Origin: Armatimonadota bacterium
GTDB lineage: Bacteria > Sysuimicrobiota > Sysuimicrobiia > Sysuimicrobiales > Humicultoraceae
NCBI GenBank assembly: GCA_037443365.1
Contig: JBBIOM010000036.1
Span: 1-17,751, forward strand
Reading direction: 5' to 3'
DNA length: 17,751 bases
A program made the position numbers and the translations under genes. How positions within the stretch are numbered: the first letter of the stretch is position 1; each line of letters begins with the position of its first letter. The notes beneath the pieces were generated by a model, which was given only the letters and a program-made list of their open reading frames with translations, searched no databases and was not told the origin of the DNA. Shown here in pieces: positions 15,702 through 17,751 of this stretch.

Positions 15702-16631
15702 ATGCCGCAGCCGGCGCACGTCCCGTGCCTCAGCGTCGTCGTGCCAACCTACAACGATGCACCCGTGCTGCGACTGTGCCTGGCGCACCTGACCGCGCAG
15801 ACGCTCGCTCCTGCCGCCTTCGAGGTAGTGGTTGTAGACGACGGCTCCACCGACGATACACCCCGGGTGGTGGCCGAGGCAGCCGCCGGGCGGGTCCGGA
15901 TCCGGGGCGTCCGGCTCGACCGCAACCTGGGCAGGAGCGCGGCGCGCAACGCCGGGATCCGGGCCGCCGGGGCGCCATTGATCGTCTTCATTGACAGCGA
16001 CGTGCTGGTGCTCCCCGACTTCCTGGCGCGCCACATGGAGATCCACCGTGCGGCCGGCTCTCAGGTGGTGGGGCGCGGGCCGGTCGTGGTCATTCCCTCG
16101 CCAGACATCCCTGCGCGGCGTCCTCGCATCGGGATCTCGCCGGCGTACATGGACACGGCCAACGCGTCGGTCCCGCGGCAGGTCCTCGTGGACGCGGGGA
16201 TGTTCGACGAGGGGTTCAGGGTCTACGGATGGGAGGATTTCGATCTCGGGCTGCGCATCAAGGCCCGCGGCATCCCCAGGGTGTTCTCGCCTGCGGCCCT
16301 GGCGTACCATATCCAGCAGCCGCCGACGCTGGAGTCCCTCGACCTGCATCTGGCCAAGGAGGAAGATCGGGCGCGCACGGCCCTGTACCTGCTGGCGAAG
16401 CACCCGGGGAGTGAGACACTGATGCTCGTACAGGACACGCGGCCGCAGAGGGCGCTGCACTTCCTGCTGGGCGGGGCCGGGCTGATCGCGCCAGCGGCCG
16501 CCCTGCGCCTGGCGCGGTGGCTGCGGCGACGCAACCTGCACACGCTGGCGTTCCTCGTGACGCGCGGGATCCTGAACCGCCACTACCTCGCCGCGTTGGA
16601 CCGGTTCCGCGCGGCCGCCGAGGGGCGGTAA
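15702..16631 (+). CDS. Glycosyltransferase family 2
   Basis: LSVVVPTYND, VVVVDDGSTD, AARNAG, VFIDSD (DxD), FDEGFRVYGWEDFDLGLR. Starts 1 nt after the ABC transporter stop. Confidence 0.94.
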   Translation: MPQPAHVPCLSVVVPTYNDAPVLRLCLAHLTAQTLAPAAFEVVVVDDGSTDDTPRVVAEAAAGRVRIRGVRLDRNLGRSAARNAGIRAAGAPLIVFIDSDVLVLPDFLARHMEIHRAAGSQVVGRGPVVVIPSPDIPARRPRIGISPAYMDTANASVPRQVLVDAGMFDEGFRVYGWEDFDLGLRIKARGIPRVFSPAALAYHIQQPPTLESLDLHLAKEEDRARTALYLLAKHPGSETLMLVQDTRPQRALHFLLGGAGLIAPAAALRLARWLRRRNLHTLAFLVTRGILNRHYLAALDRFRAAAEGR

Positions 16632-16632
16632 C

Positions 16633-17751
16633 GTGGAGGCCTGGCGCTGGAGGGAGTTCCTGCTTCTGCTGACGGTGTTCGTCTTCTCCGCGGGCTTTGC
16701 CTCAGGAGGGTTCCTCCTGTTGCTTGTGCTGGCGGCCGGCGAGGTCATGGCAGGCGAGCCGCTGTGGCGCCGCACCCCGGTGGATACCGGCCTGCTCGGC
16801 CTGATGGCGGCGGTGGTCCTGTCAGGCCTGTGGTCAGAGTGGCGGGCGACGGCCTTGTGGTCGGCGGCCGCGTTCGGGCTCTGCGCAGCGATCACGCTGC
16901 GAGCGGTGGTGCTGGCGGTTCATCGTAGCCAGGCGTTTGCCCAGAGGTTCATCGAGACATGGGCCGCGGGAGGGGTGGCGGCAGGGGCGCTTTGCATTGC
17001 ATGGCTGGGGTCCGCGCCCGGCGCGCGGGCGCAGGTGTTCAACATGAACCCCAACGAGTTGGGCACGACCCTGGCGATCGCTGCGGTGCTGCTGCTGGGC
17101 CTGACGCTTGACGGGCCGCGACGCAAGCGTCTGTTCTGCCTGGCCGGCCTCGGCGTGGTGATGGTGGGCCTGGCGCTGACCTGGTCGCGCGGCGCCTGGC
17201 TGGCCGCCGCGGTGGGGGTGGCCGTGCTGCTCGCCCGGGTCGAGCGACCGCGACTATGGCCGGGCCTGCTCACAGCCGCGCTCGTCCTAGGCGCGGCTAT
17301 GCCCATGTTGGGGCCGCGCTGGGCCTGGCATGCCGGTCGCATCCAAGAGATCGCCGCCGCCGATGGCCCGTTCAGTCGCATCCCCATCTGGCGCCTGGTC
17401 CCAAAGATGGTCGCAGACCATCCGGTGCTGGGCACCGGACTCTCGACCTTCCAGTTCGTGTACGAGAGGTACAGACAGGGGACCACGGCGGTTCCGTACG
17501 CGCCGCTGGCGCACAACCTCTTCCTTCAGTTCGCCGCCGAGACCGGTGTGGTGGGCCTGGCGGCGCTGCTGTACTTCCTGACAGCAGGGGTTCTCAGCGT
17601 CGCCAGGTGGCATGTCAGGAGCCCCCCGGGCGAGCAGCGCTACCTGAGCGCGACCGTGCTCGCCTCGCTGGCAGCCCTGCTCGCCCACCAGATGGTGGAC
17701 GGCACCGTGCTGCGCGTGCACATATCCGTGGGACTCTTCGCCCTCGTGGCG
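16633..17751 (+). CDS. O-antigen ligase (WaaL-like) family protein, 3' end beyond the window
   Basis: Not in ORF track; translated by hand. GTG at 16633 (GAGGGG 7 nt upstream, 1 nt after GT2 stop), open for 373 codons to the edge. Hydrophobic, with NPNELG, LTWSRGAWLA, SRIPIW..MVADHPVLGTG..F and AHNLFLQFAAETGVVGL. Confidence 0.92.
   Translation, partial: MEAWRWREFLLLLTVFVFSAGFASGGFLLLLVLAAGEVMAGEPLWRRTPVDTGLLGLMAAVVLSGLWSEWRATALWSAAAFGLCAAITLRAVVLAVHRSQAFAQRFIETWAAGGVAAGALCIAWLGSAPGARAQVFNMNPNELGTTLAIAAVLLLGLTLDGPRRKRLFCLAGLGVVMVGLALTWSRGAWLAAAVGVAVLLARVERPRLWPGLLTAALVLGAAMPMLGPRWAWHAGRIQEIAAADGPFSRIPIWRLVPKMVADHPVLGTGLSTFQFVYERYRQGTTAVPYAPLAHNLFLQFAAETGVVGLAALLYFLTAGVLSVARWHVRSPPGEQRYLSATVLASLAALLAHQMVDGTVLRVHISVGLFALVA

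Noticed and set aside
1-17751. CRISPR array, tRNA/rRNA, transposase or integrase, frameshifted pseudogenes
   Set aside because: No regularly spaced repeats, intergenic gaps are at most about 115 nt with no cloverleaf evident, no recombinase motifs were seen, and all genes read as intact frames.

Overview
High-GC bacterial DNA, almost fully coding, with 16 CDSs in two divergent, tightly packed operons for cell-envelope glycolipid/polysaccharide biogenesis. They are separated by a 96-bp gap (12609-12704) holding an apparent bidirectional sigma70-type promoter. Leftward operon (- strand, 12608 to 1): ArnT-like GT-C transferase, a short LptD-like outer-membrane protein, PMM/PGM, O-antigen ligase/Wzy-family protein, GT2, GT4, WcaJ/WbaP-type priming transferase, an embedded HEPN-MNT toxin-antitoxin-like pair, sugar-phosphate nucleotidyltransferase, NAD-dependent epimerase, and apt (cut by the window edge). 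Rightward operon (+ strand, 12705 to end): divergent LpxB-related GT-B enzyme, MsbA-like ABC exporter, GT2, and a WaaL-like O-antigen ligase (cut by the edge). apt and the WaaL-like gene are absent from the supplied ORF track, and several track ORFs have over-extended starts that I corrected using Shine-Dalgarno (SD) evidence. The most interesting signal is a candidate non-canonical, possibly Kdo-independent LPS-like assembly/export system with a roughly half-sized LptD barrel. All family assignments come from motif recognition by eye; no database search was run. No rRNA, tRNA, CRISPR array or transposase was seen.
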